A stretch of 64,000 nt of DNA, taken from Smithellaceae bacterium (lineage in GTDB: Bacteria; Desulfobacterota; Syntrophia; Syntrophales; Smithellaceae). The stretch lies in contig CAXXVL010000002.1 in NCBI GenBank assembly GCA_963667845.2, forward strand, positions 512,001 through 576,000. The letters are read 5' to 3'. A program made the translations under genes and the position numbers. The notes under the pieces were generated by a model. That model saw nothing but the letters and a program-made list of their open reading frames with translations. It was not told the origin of the DNA and made no database searches. This document shows positions 40,701 through 51,571 of this stretch, in pieces (positions within the stretch are counted from its first letter, which is position 1; every line of letters begins with the position of its first letter).

Positions 40701-41834
40701 ATGGATGAATTTATGGAGTTTCTTAGCAATACTTTTGGCCTTCATGATGCAGCTAAAGCTGAATTGATAAATAAAGAACTATTAAATATCAATCCGCTAT
40801 ACACTGCCTCAGGAGCAGCCTTTTTAAGCACACTTATAAAATTTGTTAGGGTTGCTGGAGAAAGCACATCGGAAACCTCAGTAGAAAAAATGTTAGATAT
40901 TTTTTATCAAGCCAATCTTTCTTTTATCAAAGACCCAAAAATAAAAGATATAATGTCGTTAATAAAATCTTACGGTGAATCAAAAACATATAAGACAAAA
41001 TGTCTTGAAGATATGGAAAAACTTTTAAATTTAATTGAAGATAACAGTGAAGACATAATATCAAAATGGTGTCCTGATAATGATGACAATGTGAAGTCAC
41101 AGGATATTTTAAACAAGGTTCGCGAGATGGAAATATTATTCAAGGTCTATGCGGCAGTTTGCGCATTAAGGGAAATTGCATATATGAGGACAAGGCCTAA
41201 CGATGAATATGACATAACAATGCTACAGAGAATTACTCGAATTGTAATGTATTCCATTGGACAAATGTCGAAAATGGATAATCCATTATTGAATCCCGTA
41301 ATGCAAAACATCATTGCGGCTGCTAAAGGCTCTGAAAATATTAGCAAGAGATGGGAACCAGAAAAGAAAATTAAAGAGGAGTCAATTAAAATTGCAAATG
41401 AGCTATGGGGACAAGGTGAAAAGAAATTACATAATGATTTAGCAACCACAATTTATAGAAAAATTAAAAATAATTATAGTCAATTAACAAATGATATTGC
41501 AAAAAAATATTCTACCAACCCTAAAATATTGAAGAAAATATTAGAACTTAAGAAGTTTGATGAAATCGAGAAGTTAAATGATATAGAAAAGTTAAATGAA
41601 CATAAAAAATTAGCTGAAAGTGAGATGTTAACCGAGCTTGAACAATTACCTGATGATGAGAAATTAGCCAAAATTGAAAAGTTATCCGAATCTGATCAGT
41701 TAAGTTATCATAAAAACCTTAAAAAGTGTAAAGATTATGCGGATAAATATTTAATCAAAACCATCAGGACAGCAATTATTCCCGTTGCAGAAAAATATGA
41801 TCGCGTCCATGGCACTAAATCCAAAATAAAATAA
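40701..41834 (+). CDS. Hypothetical protein
   Basis: 377 aa AT-rich ORF directly downstream of the integrase. Confidence 0.6.
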   Translation: MDEFMEFLSNTFGLHDAAKAELINKELLNINPLYTASGAAFLSTLIKFVRVAGESTSETSVEKMLDIFYQANLSFIKDPKIKDIMSLIKSYGESKTYKTKCLEDMEKLLNLIEDNSEDIISKWCPDNDDNVKSQDILNKVREMEILFKVYAAVCALREIAYMRTRPNDEYDITMLQRITRIVMYSIGQMSKMDNPLLNPVMQNIIAAAKGSENISKRWEPEKKIKEESIKIANELWGQGEKKLHNDLATTIYRKIKNNYSQLTNDIAKKYSTNPKILKKILELKKFDEIEKLNDIEKLNEHKKLAESEMLTELEQLPDDEKLAKIEKLSESDQLSYHKNLKKCKDYADKYLIKTIRTAIIPVAEKYDRVHGTKSKIK

Positions 41835-42039
41835 ATGTGGGGTGTTTCAATCACTCCGAAACATTATCAATCTTTCTCGAAACAGGATCATCGGCCGAGA
41901 ATATATTGGTGGTTTCAGTCTTGTCATCAAAACAAGAACCGCCGATCCATTTTCAAGTTTGTTTTTACCTGTCTGAAACTCATTTCAAGGGAGGCCTCAA
42001 TTGCACCATAATCAGTTCCATTCCTCGAAATAGGATCAA

Positions 42040-42327
42040 TTACTTTTTGGAATTTAAGGCAGACTTCAATACTGCTGAGGGTTTAAACGTAACAACTTTT
42101 TTTGCATCTATGGTCATCCGATCACCAGTCTGTGGGTTCCTGCCGATTCGCTCCCTTTTAGATTTGACAGTCCATTTACCAAATCCGGAAATTTTTACTG
42201 AATTGCCTTTTTCGAGTTCATTCTTGATTATCTCAAAGGTTGACTCAATAGCGGGCACACATTCTTTTCTTGATAAATCTGTTTGCTCATAGTGAATGTC
42301 CATGAGATCTTTTTTAGTCATTGCCAT
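42040..42327 (-). CDS. Integration host factor alpha / HU-family protein
   Basis: MTKKDL, VKISGFGKW.V..K.ERIGRNPQTG, VVTFKPS..LK. Confidence 0.9.
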   Translation of the reverse strand: MAMTKKDLMDIHYEQTDLSRKECVPAIESTFEIIKNELEKGNSVKISGFGKWTVKSKRERIGRNPQTGDRMTIDAKKVVTFKPSAVLKSALNSKK

Positions 42328-42429
42328 AATGATCCTCCATGTGGTTTTTGATATTCCATAATATAAAAAACTTTTCTCCCGAAGAACAATTTAATATATC
42401 ATTCTGTGTCTACCTGTATACTACCGGCA

Positions 42430-42741
42430 TTATTCTATGGGTGTTAGGATCTGTAATTGCATGGACTGCATAAATTCTTTAACTGAATGCCTAAAATCTG
42501 TCATATGAGGGGATATACCGTGATTCTTCAGCGCTTCGAGATTCTCCCACTTCTCCAATATTACGACTGTGTCAGGTCTATTCTTTATTTGAAAGTTGGA
42601 ACCGGTATCTGCATCTGCTGTTGGAGTATATTCAATACATCCTTTTTCTCTTCGCACTATGGGTACTATCTTGCGTATTTCTTCTAAATAATTTTCCCTC
42701 ATTCCATCCTTTAAAGCGATTGTAGCAACTACACAAATCAT
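42430..42741 (-). CDS. ABM-domain (putative quinol monooxygenase) protein
   Basis: VRREKGCIEY, ILEKWENLEALKNH..SPHM. Confidence 0.85.
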   Translation of the reverse strand: MICVVATIALKDGMRENYLEEIRKIVPIVRREKGCIEYTPTADADTGSNFQIKNRPDTVVILEKWENLEALKNHGISPHMTDFRHSVKEFMQSMQLQILTPIE

Positions 42742-43125
42742 CTTTCTCCTCCTTGTTAAATTATCTTTTATTTATTCTGATAGCGCAGACCCCTGCGTTT
42801 TTCATCATCCATCCACTTCCAGATAATACTTCTCTACTACTTCATCCATGAGAATCAGAAAATAGCAAGGATCATGTAAACAAGACTGCCGCTGTTGGGG
42901 TTTCACAAACTTTTCATTTTCTCTGAAGAACCGATCAAGCAATTTTTGATATTTTACCCCGCCTTCTTGCCAATTCATTTATTTTAAGAAAAATGCACAG
43001 CCTTATTGATTACGGATTGAAGTCTAACGTGATTCTCAAGAATGACGATTTTTCTATCCCAGGAAGTTATTAATCCCGACATCTTCCTGTTAATCATTCA
43101 CTCACAACAGGGGAGACGTTTGGTA

Positions 43126-43671
43126 TCAATAAATGATTTCCTTAAATATCGTGTAATCATCAAGTGTTAGGCAGAGCCAGACGGTATCAACAATGGAATT
43201 CGGATTTAATTGCCAATAGCTGTTGATCCCTTTTTTGAAAGCTCGGGCACACAGTTCTTTTGGAATCATAAAGATGCCTGTTCCGAGTGCTGGGAAAGCA
43301 ACTGAATGCCATTTTTTTCTTTCAGCCACGATAAGGGTATTGAAGATAGTCTTTTCTTCCTTTATCTGCTCATCTCCGTCACCCATCCTTGGCCCTACCG
43401 CATGAATAATACCTTTGAACCCAAGGTCGTATGCCTTTGTGGAAACGGCATAAGTGACAGGGATCCTACCAACCGTTTCAATGATCTTGGTGGATTCATT
43501 ATCAAGCTTGGGGCCGGCTAGATTTGAAATGATTGCAGCCAAACCACCACCATGGGACAATCCTGAATTAGCCGGATTCACAATGGCCTCCACAGGTGCA
43601 CCGAGAAGATCCATTACAGTTATGTGAAATGTTTTATTATTGGGATAGTTTTTGGTAAAATGATTTACCAT
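43126..43671 (-). CDS. Macro domain protein
   Basis: AIVNPANSGLSHGGGLA, IIHAVGP, SVAFPALGTGIF. Confidence 0.9.
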   Translation of the reverse strand: MVNHFTKNYPNNKTFHITVMDLLGAPVEAIVNPANSGLSHGGGLAAIISNLAGPKLDNESTKIIETVGRIPVTYAVSTKAYDLGFKGIIHAVGPRMGDGDEQIKEEKTIFNTLIVAERKKWHSVAFPALGTGIFMIPKELCARAFKKGINSYWQLNPNSIVDTVWLCLTLDDYTIFKEIIY

Positions 43672-43711
43672 CTAATTCCAAGCCCTCTCAAGTATTCCTG
43701 CTTTAAAGAAT

Positions 43712-44068
43712 TTACAACTCTTTTTTTGAATCCCTTTGCCATTCATACATAGCCTCCCAGCATTTCATATAAGCATCATGCCTTTGGTAGTCCTTGCCCT
43801 GAATTGTATTTTTGAAATTCGGATAGTCTAATTCCATGATGGCACCAACCAAGAATGTTGCGATCATGTGTCTTGGAACGACCATACGGAATGCGTAATC
43901 GGCTTTTGGTGTCGATAAAATTTCACCATCGAAGTTGAATTTTTCTTTGAGCTGCTTTTGCAGTTTGTCAATATCAACTTTGCTCCGTGTCCTCACCAGA
44001 AGCTCGTCTTTTTGACACGGTGGTTTGTGAACTACGGAATAGAAGCCAGTGTTAAGATAGATCCACAT
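43712..44068 (-). CDS. Hypothetical protein (MWI..GFYSVV type)
   Basis: SD ggaggg; LLVRTR, DYAFR, DYPNFK pattern familiar from MGE hypotheticals. Confidence 0.65.
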   Translation of the reverse strand: MWIYLNTGFYSVVHKPPCQKDELLVRTRSKVDIDKLQKQLKEKFNFDGEILSTPKADYAFRMVVPRHMIATFLVGAIMELDYPNFKNTIQGKDYQRHDAYMKCWEAMYEWQRDSKKEL

Positions 44069-44286
44069 AACTCAACCCTCCAAATGTTGCTTTTGGCGTC
44101 ATAGATTCATGTCATTTACCTCTCGCAGGAAGGCAATAACATCATCGAAAATTCCGTAGCTTTGTGCCCAAACTGCCACAAAATCAGTCATCATTCGTTA
44201 GACACTGAAGCGGTAAAAAGGAGAACTGAAAACCACAATTCATAGGATACGATAAAGTTTACTCACAAATAAAAAATCCCGTCTGC

Positions 44287-44787
44287 CTAATAATAGCACC
44301 TTCCTATACAAGACTTCTGGTAATTCAAACAATTCATATGGCAATCCGCACGGCCAGAATCATTTTGATAGTCATAATACCTTCCACGTCTTACACCGCC
44401 AATTGTAGTGTTGCGATTACAATCAGATTCACAAGAGCTACGATCCATTTTGCACTCACGTTCACATTCCTTATTTAGCGTTTTTGGCAATAATGCTTGT
44501 GCTTTTGCCCTTTCTTGGTCTGCCTTTGCCTTTTCTTGATCTGTTATTGCTCTTTCTCTTTCTGTAATTGTGGCTCGCCGTCTAATATATTCTTTCCTAT
44601 CTCCTTCTTCTCTCGATGGTTCTTGAGAGGATACCTTCGGGGTGCATTTCATCCCAGCGATAACCGTATTGGTCAGAGTTTCGTTACCATCCTTATCAAC
44701 ACAGATGTAAAATTCTCCAGCATAGGCTGGATAACTTAATAGGAAAATAATTGCTAAAAACATGACTCTCTGAAGCAGATTATTCAT
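44287..44787 (-). CDS. Secreted DUF4124-like protein with Cys-rich C-terminus
   Basis: Signal peptide, FYICVDKDG, CxxxC repeats. Confidence 0.6.
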   Translation of the reverse strand: MNNLLQRVMFLAIIFLLSYPAYAGEFYICVDKDGNETLTNTVIAGMKCTPKVSSQEPSREEGDRKEYIRRRATITERERAITDQEKAKADQERAKAQALLPKTLNKECERECKMDRSSCESDCNRNTTIGGVRRGRYYDYQNDSGRADCHMNCLNYQKSCIGRCYY

Positions 44788-44937
44788 ATTATTCCCTTTA
44801 TGTGTTTTTGCTTATTGCTGTTAGTAAGTATTTCATAAATTGATGTCAAGAGAATTTTATCTCATTACACATAATGAAATGACGTTATTCATGCTTTGAT
44901 CTTATCATCGTCGCCTGAAACGCTTTCCACCTATCGT

Positions 44938-45660
44938 TTACCGTCTTCTGCATCTTCCTGTCTTTAACGCCTTTTTTAGATCATCAAAGCCCTTGACCTC
45001 ACCCTCACAGCTATTCCAGGTCAGTATCAGTTGCAAAGTGATATGAGCATCCGTGTTATATACGCAATGGATATTGTGCTCTTTGAGCATTGCGTAAAAA
45101 TCTTTTTCCTTTTTTGCGGGTATGCCTCTGCATTCCACAGCATCCAGGCCTGTTTCAAAGAGTTCTTCATCGGTGTAAGTGTTGCCCTTCCTGAAAGGAT
45201 GGGCGGCAATAGCCAACCCTCCCTGTTTATGGCTCTCTTCGACTTGTTTTTTCACAGAAAGGCGTTTGTCAATCTCATGCTGAATACCGATCGCCAAGAG
45301 ATGGACTTTCCCCGTGACTTCCTGGCCCGGAATGCAAAGCAAGCGTTTCTCGGCCAGACATTGGGAGATAACATCATTGCATAAAGATGAACCACCAAAT
45401 TTATGATCTGTGATGGCTATAAATCCGAAATTCAAGCCGAGGGCATATTGTATCATTTCTTCATAAGTATTCTTCCCATCGGAACAGGTGGTGTGTGTAT
45501 GGAGATTGCCAATAGTCTTGGTCTGGTTCAGTGACTGCGATGGTTCATCTATAGTCCTGCCGGACACCGCCAAATCTTTTGAGCAGGAACTACCTGAGAT
45601 AATCAAAATGATGAGCAGAATCGCAACGGGAAGAATGCGTTTAAATTTCTTATGCTGCAT
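44938..45660 (-). CDS. PHP-domain metallophosphoesterase, probably exported/lipoprotein
   Basis: NLHTHTTCSDG, AITDH, PGQEV, AAHP, NTDAH. Confidence 0.85.
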   Translation of the reverse strand: MQHKKFKRILPVAILLIILIISGSSCSKDLAVSGRTIDEPSQSLNQTKTIGNLHTHTTCSDGKNTYEEMIQYALGLNFGFIAITDHKFGGSSLCNDVISQCLAEKRLLCIPGQEVTGKVHLLAIGIQHEIDKRLSVKKQVEESHKQGGLAIAAHPFRKGNTYTDEELFETGLDAVECRGIPAKKEKDFYAMLKEHNIHCVYNTDAHITLQLILTWNSCEGEVKGFDDLKKALKTGRCRRR

Positions 45661-45725
45661 TAGTATTGATATCCATAATATTGTGAAAGGCTCTATCCTA
45701 TTTCATCGTGCACTATGCTGTTGCT

Positions 45726-45902
45726 TTATCCTTTGGATTTGATCATCCTCGATTGAACCATTTTCATTTCTTCCAGCAATTCTTGCTTACTAATAATGCC
45801 TTTCCGGTCCAGGATATTGATCAGCGCTTCCGACTGAATCACTTCGGACATGAGCAGTTCCTTGAAATCGACGGTTTGTTTCTGGTCAATTTTCTCTGCC
45901 AT
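45726..45902 (-). CDS. Small hypothetical protein (58 aa)
   Basis: Read manually: MAEKIDQKQTVDFKELLMSEVIQSEALINILDRKGIISKQELLEEMKMVQSRMIKSKG, SD aaggaagga. Confidence 0.6.
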   Translation of the reverse strand: MAEKIDQKQTVDFKELLMSEVIQSEALINILDRKGIISKQELLEEMKMVQSRMIKSKG

Positions 45903-45913
45903 TTATTTTATTA

Positions 45914-46651
45914 TCATCCTTCCTTTTTATGTATTTTTCCCTGACATCTTTTTAAGGCAGCAGATACTCTTGATTTCACCTTTTGATTAGAACTTAAGGG
46001 AGTTTTAAATGACTTCAACACATAATCAGTTTCAACGTCAGAAGCTTTAAGGATTTTCAATTCTTCACAAACCATGTCTTTATCCTGTTTCCACTTGTTT
46101 TGAATAAATTCATATCCGGCTTTGTATATGTACCATGTGGTTTCATCCCGGTAGTTATGCTGGTTATAAACTGTTTTACTTTCAGCATAATCATCACTCA
46201 GATTGTTGGCCACATTCCTTACGTATTCAATTGGACAATTAAGGTTTTTAGATATTTCAAATGTCGTAAAACTCTTTCTTAGAGGGTAATAAATGTTTGT
46301 ATGCTCCATTGTTCGATGTCGATTTTCATATGCCGCTTCAAAACCACGAAAAAACATGCCCTCATCTTGTAATGAAGGATTAGGATTGTCTTTAATGGTG
46401 ATAATAATGCCCGCATGTATTTCATCAGCTCCATTAACAAGATGATTTATTTGAACGATTTCACTAATTGCTGCCTGAATGCTTCCCTCATATCTGTCTG
46501 GCGTTCCGTAAATAATTTCTAATTTTTCAATTCCATATTGATGACATTCTTCAATTCTCGCATTTACAATGGCAACCGCTTCAGACGTGATACATTTATG
46601 AAGATCAATCCAGAAACTATTATATTGCTGATTAAATCGTTGATCCGCCAT
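45914..46651 (-). CDS. Smr-domain-like protein
   Basis: IDLHKCITSEA...LEIIYG resembles the Smr LDLHG...IIHG motif. Confidence 0.55.
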   Translation of the reverse strand: MADQRFNQQYNSFWIDLHKCITSEAVAIVNARIEECHQYGIEKLEIIYGTPDRYEGSIQAAISEIVQINHLVNGADEIHAGIIITIKDNPNPSLQDEGMFFRGFEAAYENRHRTMEHTNIYYPLRKSFTTFEISKNLNCPIEYVRNVANNLSDDYAESKTVYNQHNYRDETTWYIYKAGYEFIQNKWKQDKDMVCEELKILKASDVETDYVLKSFKTPLSSNQKVKSRVSAALKRCQGKIHKKEG

Positions 46652-46654
46652 TTA

Positions 46655-47200
46655 TTACCTCCCTTCATATTTGTCTGCGTGTTCTTTATGAGTCTCCCAA
46701 TTACCAATATAGCTTTTTGCTAATACTTTCGATTTAATTATCAACAGATTTTCCGCATTCTTTTCTTCCGCAGCTTTACTGAAATTAAAGCTTCCGGTGA
46801 TTACAGTTTCTTTATCAATTATAATAATCTTGTTGTGGGCAATGGCGTGCTTACTGTCAATACAAGTTGGTATTCCCATGTGAGCAGTGAAATCTCCAGC
46901 GCTGTATTTTTTTGATTTGTTGGATTTATCCAGAATGATTTTTACATGGATTCCTCTCTTGTGGGCATTTACCAAAGCTTTTGCAATAGGCGCCGACGTA
47001 AATGAATATGCCTGGATGAGTATCTCTGATTTTGCGTTATCGATTTCATCGACTATAGCGTGTGTGCAGCCACCATTGGGACTAAAATAGATTTGAGCAG
47101 GAGTATTGTTGAGTGTGATGTCTGTGGCATGTGATATTTGAGGTGGTGAGCAGAAAAAAAGGCTGAGAGAAACAATAATTAACAGGGTCCGTTTTTTCAT
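46655..47200 (-). CDS. Phospholipase D-family endonuclease (Nuc-like)
   Basis: FSPNGG, QAYSFTS, HNKIIIID (HKD), TGSFNFS..AEEKNAEN; signal peptide. Confidence 0.9.
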   Translation of the reverse strand: MKKRTLLIIVSLSLFFCSPPQISHATDITLNNTPAQIYFSPNGGCTHAIVDEIDNAKSEILIQAYSFTSAPIAKALVNAHKRGIHVKIILDKSNKSKKYSAGDFTAHMGIPTCIDSKHAIAHNKIIIIDKETVITGSFNFSKAAEEKNAENLLIIKSKVLAKSYIGNWETHKEHADKYEGR

Positions 47201-47544
47201 GACAGTCCTAGAGTGAATTAATGGTGGTTATGGTATACAGAATTGTTTTGAAATATCAACATTAGCCTGCATTAAAAAGACTGATATGAAGGTTAAGGCC
47301 ATATTGTTAGGAGAATTTCAAACGGAATGGGTGGCCAATTTGGTCCGGAATCTCCAGATAATTGACGTTTTCTTAAAAATAATCGTATTTCAATGATAAT
47401 TGAATATTGATGTACTGAATCGTAATTTTTTCATAATCCTTAAGATTTAAACGGTAATGGCGTATGTATTCTGAAAACACTAAGACACGGTGATAAAATA
47501 GATAAACTTTGGTTGATCAATTTTATTAGGATTCCGAAAATCAA

Positions 47545-48345
47545 TTACAGGATAGATGGCCTATGTCGGAGCATCTGAATAATTCTTCTCCATCCAAGAT
47601 TTCTAACTTCGTTAAATGATAATTCACTAATATGATGACCTTCATAAGTAAACACTTCATCTGGTGTAACCTCTCTATCATGAAATAAGTTTAAATACTC
47701 ATGTCTGATAAATATTGCATTACAATGTACATTTGCTAAAAGGCTATACTGTTTACTAATTGCAAGCTCTGTCATGGACGAGATGCTTGTCCCAGTATAA
47801 CCAGTAATACCCCACATTGATGAAACGCTTGTTCCAGCATTGCCCCGCATAATTTTGGAACCTTGTTTGTTTATCCATTTTACACCAGGTTTATTGTGTA
47901 TATTGATTTCAATTATGACAACTTTGGGCTGATACTTATCTAATGATTGCCATACATGATAATCATCTCCATCAATATCAATTGAGAGCAGATCGAATTG
48001 TTTTGGAATAGGAGTTAGACTTAAAATGTTATCAAGTTTACTTTCCCCTTCAGCCCTTACAAAAGCATTGACACAAATAGTGCCATACTCCTTCGTGTTT
48101 TCGCACAAAAGCTTATATTTAAATGGATCAGCTTCAATCATAACACCATGGTAATTGTGCTGTGATATTAAGTAATACGTATTACTTTCAGACTTGCCAT
48201 CCCATGCTCCAAATTCAACACACCAACCTGTCTTTTCTGGTATTTTTGACAAGATGAAAGCCAATAACCCATCTTCACCCTTTTTGGAAAAGAATGTTTT
48301 ACGGTGACTAAGCAATTCTTCGACTGTATCTTTCATGTGAGGCAC
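47545..48345 (-). CDS. FkbM-like SAM methyltransferase
   Basis: GEDGLL, VEFGAWDG..SNT, DLLSIDIDGDDY, PKVVIIE. Confidence 0.75.
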   Translation of the reverse strand: MPHMKDTVEELLSHRKTFFSKKGEDGLLAFILSKIPEKTGWCVEFGAWDGKSESNTYYLISQHNYHGVMIEADPFKYKLLCENTKEYGTICVNAFVRAEGESKLDNILSLTPIPKQFDLLSIDIDGDDYHVWQSLDKYQPKVVIIEINIHNKPGVKWINKQGSKIMRGNAGTSVSSMWGITGYTGTSISSMTELAISKQYSLLANVHCNAIFIRHEYLNLFHDREVTPDEVFTYEGHHISELSFNEVRNLGWRRIIQMLRHRPSIL

Positions 48346-48477
48346 GTTTTACGTTCGTCAATTAGTGCTAGTGGATCAAATCATGGCATTAATGGTAAGG
48401 GAAACGATTGCTTAGTTACGTAAGGGGCATTCGACTAAAGAGGAAACCTCTAGGCTGATCACTGACAAATAAAACAC

Positions 48478-48507
48478 AAAAAGCTCCCCTCTTGCGGGCG
48501 GGAGCCT
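48478..48507 (-). terminator. Terminator after hxsA
   Basis: Minus strand aggctcccgcccgcaagaggggagc followed by ttttt. Confidence 0.6.
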
Positions 48508-48557
48508 TATGCTTGTTACTTATAGATGCATATACAGAACGAATCTTTGGATCGTTT

Positions 48558-48788
48558 CTAACGACCCGAAACGTGTGAGGCGTGACTCGCATGGCTTTCA
48601 TGGCTTACATGGCTACTATGCCAATTTGTGGTATCCATGCCGCTGCCAAGGGCTTTCCCATGTTCCAGATAAAGAGCTGATTTGCTGCTAATATCCGATA
48701 CCGATGCTGGTACATTGGCGACCGATATGCCTAAAACAGCAAAAGCCCCTGCAATAACGATCATTACCTTACTGAATAGACCTTTCAT
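48558..48788 (-). CDS. hxsA: His-Xaa-Ser repeat precursor peptide (HxsA-like)
   Basis: C-terminus W-HSS-HVS-HES-HAS-HAS-HVS-GR; hydrophobic N-terminal leader; SD aaggag. Confidence 0.85.
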   Translation of the reverse strand: MKGLFSKVMIVIAGAFAVLGISVANVPASVSDISSKSALYLEHGKALGSGMDTTNWHSSHVSHESHASHASHVSGR

Positions 48789-48986
48789 AGAAACATCTCC
48801 TTCTTCTTGAAATGACCAATCTAAAAATTAAATGTTACCGGACGTTGTAATTGAAAGTAATTAATACTCTTGAATATTTCAAAAAGCAATAAGATATTTT
48901 TAATTTTTATTAATGACAATCCGATTTAATTTTAGGCGGTTGCGAAAAATTGATTGCCAAACTTGCTATCTCCAGCAATCTTAAGG

Positions 48987-50111
48987 TTATTGAGGGGAAA
49001 TATAGGTACTTTGATGTAATTCAGAGGTTGTGAATATTCCACAACACCTCGATTTAACAGAACAACCATCACATATCGGGAGGTAATCATTTTTCCATCC
49101 TGAAATTGACTGCCTTGCGAAGCCCCATGACTTCGGTTCAATCAAACACAGCGGGACGTTATAGATAGAGACATTCATGTCCGCACGACTCAATACCTTG
49201 ATTGCCCTTGAAAGTTCCTCCTGATATTCATACGGGTCTATCCAAACGGCCTCGAAATTATCGCGAGCAAGTCCTGTTATCTCCATCCCCATGAATGTGC
49301 AGTGGGCGATAAAGGGAAAGTTTCTTCCAATGAAGGTTGCAATGGATTCAAGCCGGTAAGCATTTATACGACTCACAACTACTCGGATTTCGATCTTCTC
49401 ACGAAAACGCGCAAGATTCTGGAGCCCCATTACTGTCTTATAGAAACTGCCCTTAACACCTACAATCCAGTCATGAACCTCATCCACATCACTGTGCATA
49501 GAAACACAGGTAAGGAAATCTTTGGGTCTCAATGATACGAAACGTTTTGTGAACTCGAAGTCTGCAAATGATTTACCGTTTGTGAGTAACATGACAGTTG
49601 ATTTCGGTTCTTGCCTTTTTATCATCCCTAGGATGTCGAAAAAATCTTCCTTTAGTAGTGTAGGTTCACCACCGGTCAGGCAGATGGTTTGGTTAATATT
49701 GATTTTTACTAGATTAAGAATTCGCTTACTTGTCTCGGTTAAAGTTCTATCGTGCGCCTTTGGTGGTTGCGGACACATAAGGCAACGGCAATCACACATT
49801 TCTGTCAGAAAAAGTGGATTTGTGGGGGCTATTTTCTCCCAAACAACTGTTATAGTGCCATTCCTGTCTATAAGGACACAATCGCCCTCTTCCAGTTTAT
49901 CTGAATTTTCACCAGAAACTTTGACGTGTGGCAATAAACAATTTTTCTTGTCACTATCCTTAATTACGAGTCCCGCAAAACCTTTTGATAGTAAATTCGT
50001 TTTTTCAGTGACAAGCACACTGTTACATCTCGATAGTGATAGAGGATTGCGTGTCACCAATCCAAGAATCGGGATCTCTATGTTCTCTGCTGTGCCCTTT
50101 AATTGTTTCAT
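48987..50111 (-). CDS. hxsC: His-Xaa-Ser system radical SAM maturase HxsC
   Basis: CDCRCLMCPQPP, TGGEPTL, YNVPLC, ARQSISGWKN.Y...C..C...C.G.F. Confidence 0.88.
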   Translation of the reverse strand: MKQLKGTAENIEIPILGLVTRNPLSLSRCNSVLVTEKTNLLSKGFAGLVIKDSDKKNCLLPHVKVSGENSDKLEEGDCVLIDRNGTITVVWEKIAPTNPLFLTEMCDCRCLMCPQPPKAHDRTLTETSKRILNLVKININQTICLTGGEPTLLKEDFFDILGMIKRQEPKSTVMLLTNGKSFADFEFTKRFVSLRPKDFLTCVSMHSDVDEVHDWIVGVKGSFYKTVMGLQNLARFREKIEIRVVVSRINAYRLESIATFIGRNFPFIAHCTFMGMEITGLARDNFEAVWIDPYEYQEELSRAIKVLSRADMNVSIYNVPLCLIEPKSWGFARQSISGWKNDYLPICDGCSVKSRCCGIFTTSELHQSTYISPQ

Positions 50112-51571
50112 CCTTCTTCACCGCGAACTTCCTTTAAACTCCGACAAGAAATCCATGACCAGAAGACATCCATTTCATCAGGGTCATTGCGCTTGAGTTT
50201 CCTAAATAGCATATTGAAGATTAACTTATTCTTCATACAGAAATCATTATCTGGGCGTTTTCCCATAATGTCGCCTGTCTCGAGATAATTTCGAACAGGG
50301 TCGGCACCGCAGTAGGTGCGGTATACACAAGAGCTGCAATAAGGTAAAACTTCGACACATGACTTACTTACAATCTCGCGGAGCAGGGCTCCCCCAAAAA
50401 TGCTTTCATATGAGTCTTTGAAAACGTTTCCAAGACAGAAACGGCGGTCGCCCATTCTTGCGAGCATCCGCGCTTCATCTGCGGGAAAAACATCTCCATT
50501 GTGGTCATAGATCGCACCTGAAATGCCAGCTCCCGACGGAGATTGGAGATCGACGAAACCTGTGGAAAAAGGTGTCAGGATGCGGGTAAGCAATAGGTTT
50601 GTATAGAACTCTACAAATCTTGTGCCGTTAAGATTCAGTTTGATGATGAAATCAAGAGCCTTTTCGAAATTCTCAACAAAATGCTCTACCGGATACCCAA
50701 GATGCTCCGCATTCATGGCTGCTAAGCCATATGGATTGAGTGACCTGATGAATATCCCATTGAAGCCAAGTTTAACATACTCTTCGATAACTTCTTGTAG
50801 ATGATCTATATTATCAATAGTTGTCGTCATGAGGGCGTTCACCTCACCACGAAGGAGGATGTCGAAAGCCTTGTAGATGTTCTTGATGACAGTGTCGTAA
50901 GTACCGCCACCGTTTCTTAATATCCGGTTCTTGTCATGAAGATCACGAGGGCCATCAAGAGAAGTCGATATGTGGATGCCATGTTCTTTAAAGAACATTA
51001 GCTGTTGCGTGTTAATCTTGACGAGGTTGGTGCAGACAACGAAATCAAGATCCTTCCGGTATTTTTGGTTAACCTTCTCCGCATAAAGGACAGTCTCCTT
51101 TAGTGTCACCCAGTTAAGGGTAGGCTCGCCGCCCTGGAACTCTATTTTTATGGAACGTGATGGAGACTTGAATATATAGTCAACAACACGTCGAGCCACA
51201 TCAGGGGACATATCGAAGCCTTTCGCGTCATCATCCTCGGCGCTCACTTGGCAGTATGAACAATCATTGCAGCACTTAAGTGTTATCACCATCATGTGAA
51301 GGACAGTGAAATCTGATATAAATTTTTTCCGAGTCCGATACTTTGCAGAAACCATCTCCAACGTTTCCGATAAGTGTTCCGTATTCAGAAAATGCTTGCT
51401 CTTCAAGTCATAGTAGCAAGGCGAGGCAGAGGTTAGGTCGCCGTGTGTAAACTTTTTAAAATCGCCATACCCAAGGAAGATGTATTCACCACTTTCATTG
51501 ACGAGTAAGTAATCATCTTTATCAAAGCGAGAGAACTGGAATGGAAGTATATATTGTCTTTGTTGGTTCAC
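50108..51571 (-). CDS. hxsB: His-Xaa-Ser system radical SAM maturase HxsB
   Basis: CCNDCSYCQVS, KIEFQGGEP, STSLDGP, VDLQSPSG, DEARML, SPASM-like CSSC.YRTYCGADPV. Confidence 0.9.
   Translation of the reverse strand: MNQQRQYILPFQFSRFDKDDYLLVNESGEYIFLGYGDFKKFTHGDLTSASPCYYDLKSKHFLNTEHLSETLEMVSAKYRTRKKFISDFTVLHMMVITLKCCNDCSYCQVSAEDDDAKGFDMSPDVARRVVDYIFKSPSRSIKIEFQGGEPTLNWVTLKETVLYAEKVNQKYRKDLDFVVCTNLVKINTQQLMFFKEHGIHISTSLDGPRDLHDKNRILRNGGGTYDTVIKNIYKAFDILLRGEVNALMTTTIDNIDHLQEVIEEYVKLGFNGIFIRSLNPYGLAAMNAEHLGYPVEHFVENFEKALDFIIKLNLNGTRFVEFYTNLLLTRILTPFSTGFVDLQSPSGAGISGAIYDHNGDVFPADEARMLARMGDRRFCLGNVFKDSYESIFGGALLREIVSKSCVEVLPYCSSCVYRTYCGADPVRNYLETGDIMGKRPDNDFCMKNKLIFNMLFRKLKRNDPDEMDVFWSWISCRSLKEVRGEEG

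Noticed and set aside
48560..48620. 9-bp periodic DNA repeat as VNTR or array
   Set aside because: Explained by the His-Xaa-Ser codons of hxsA.
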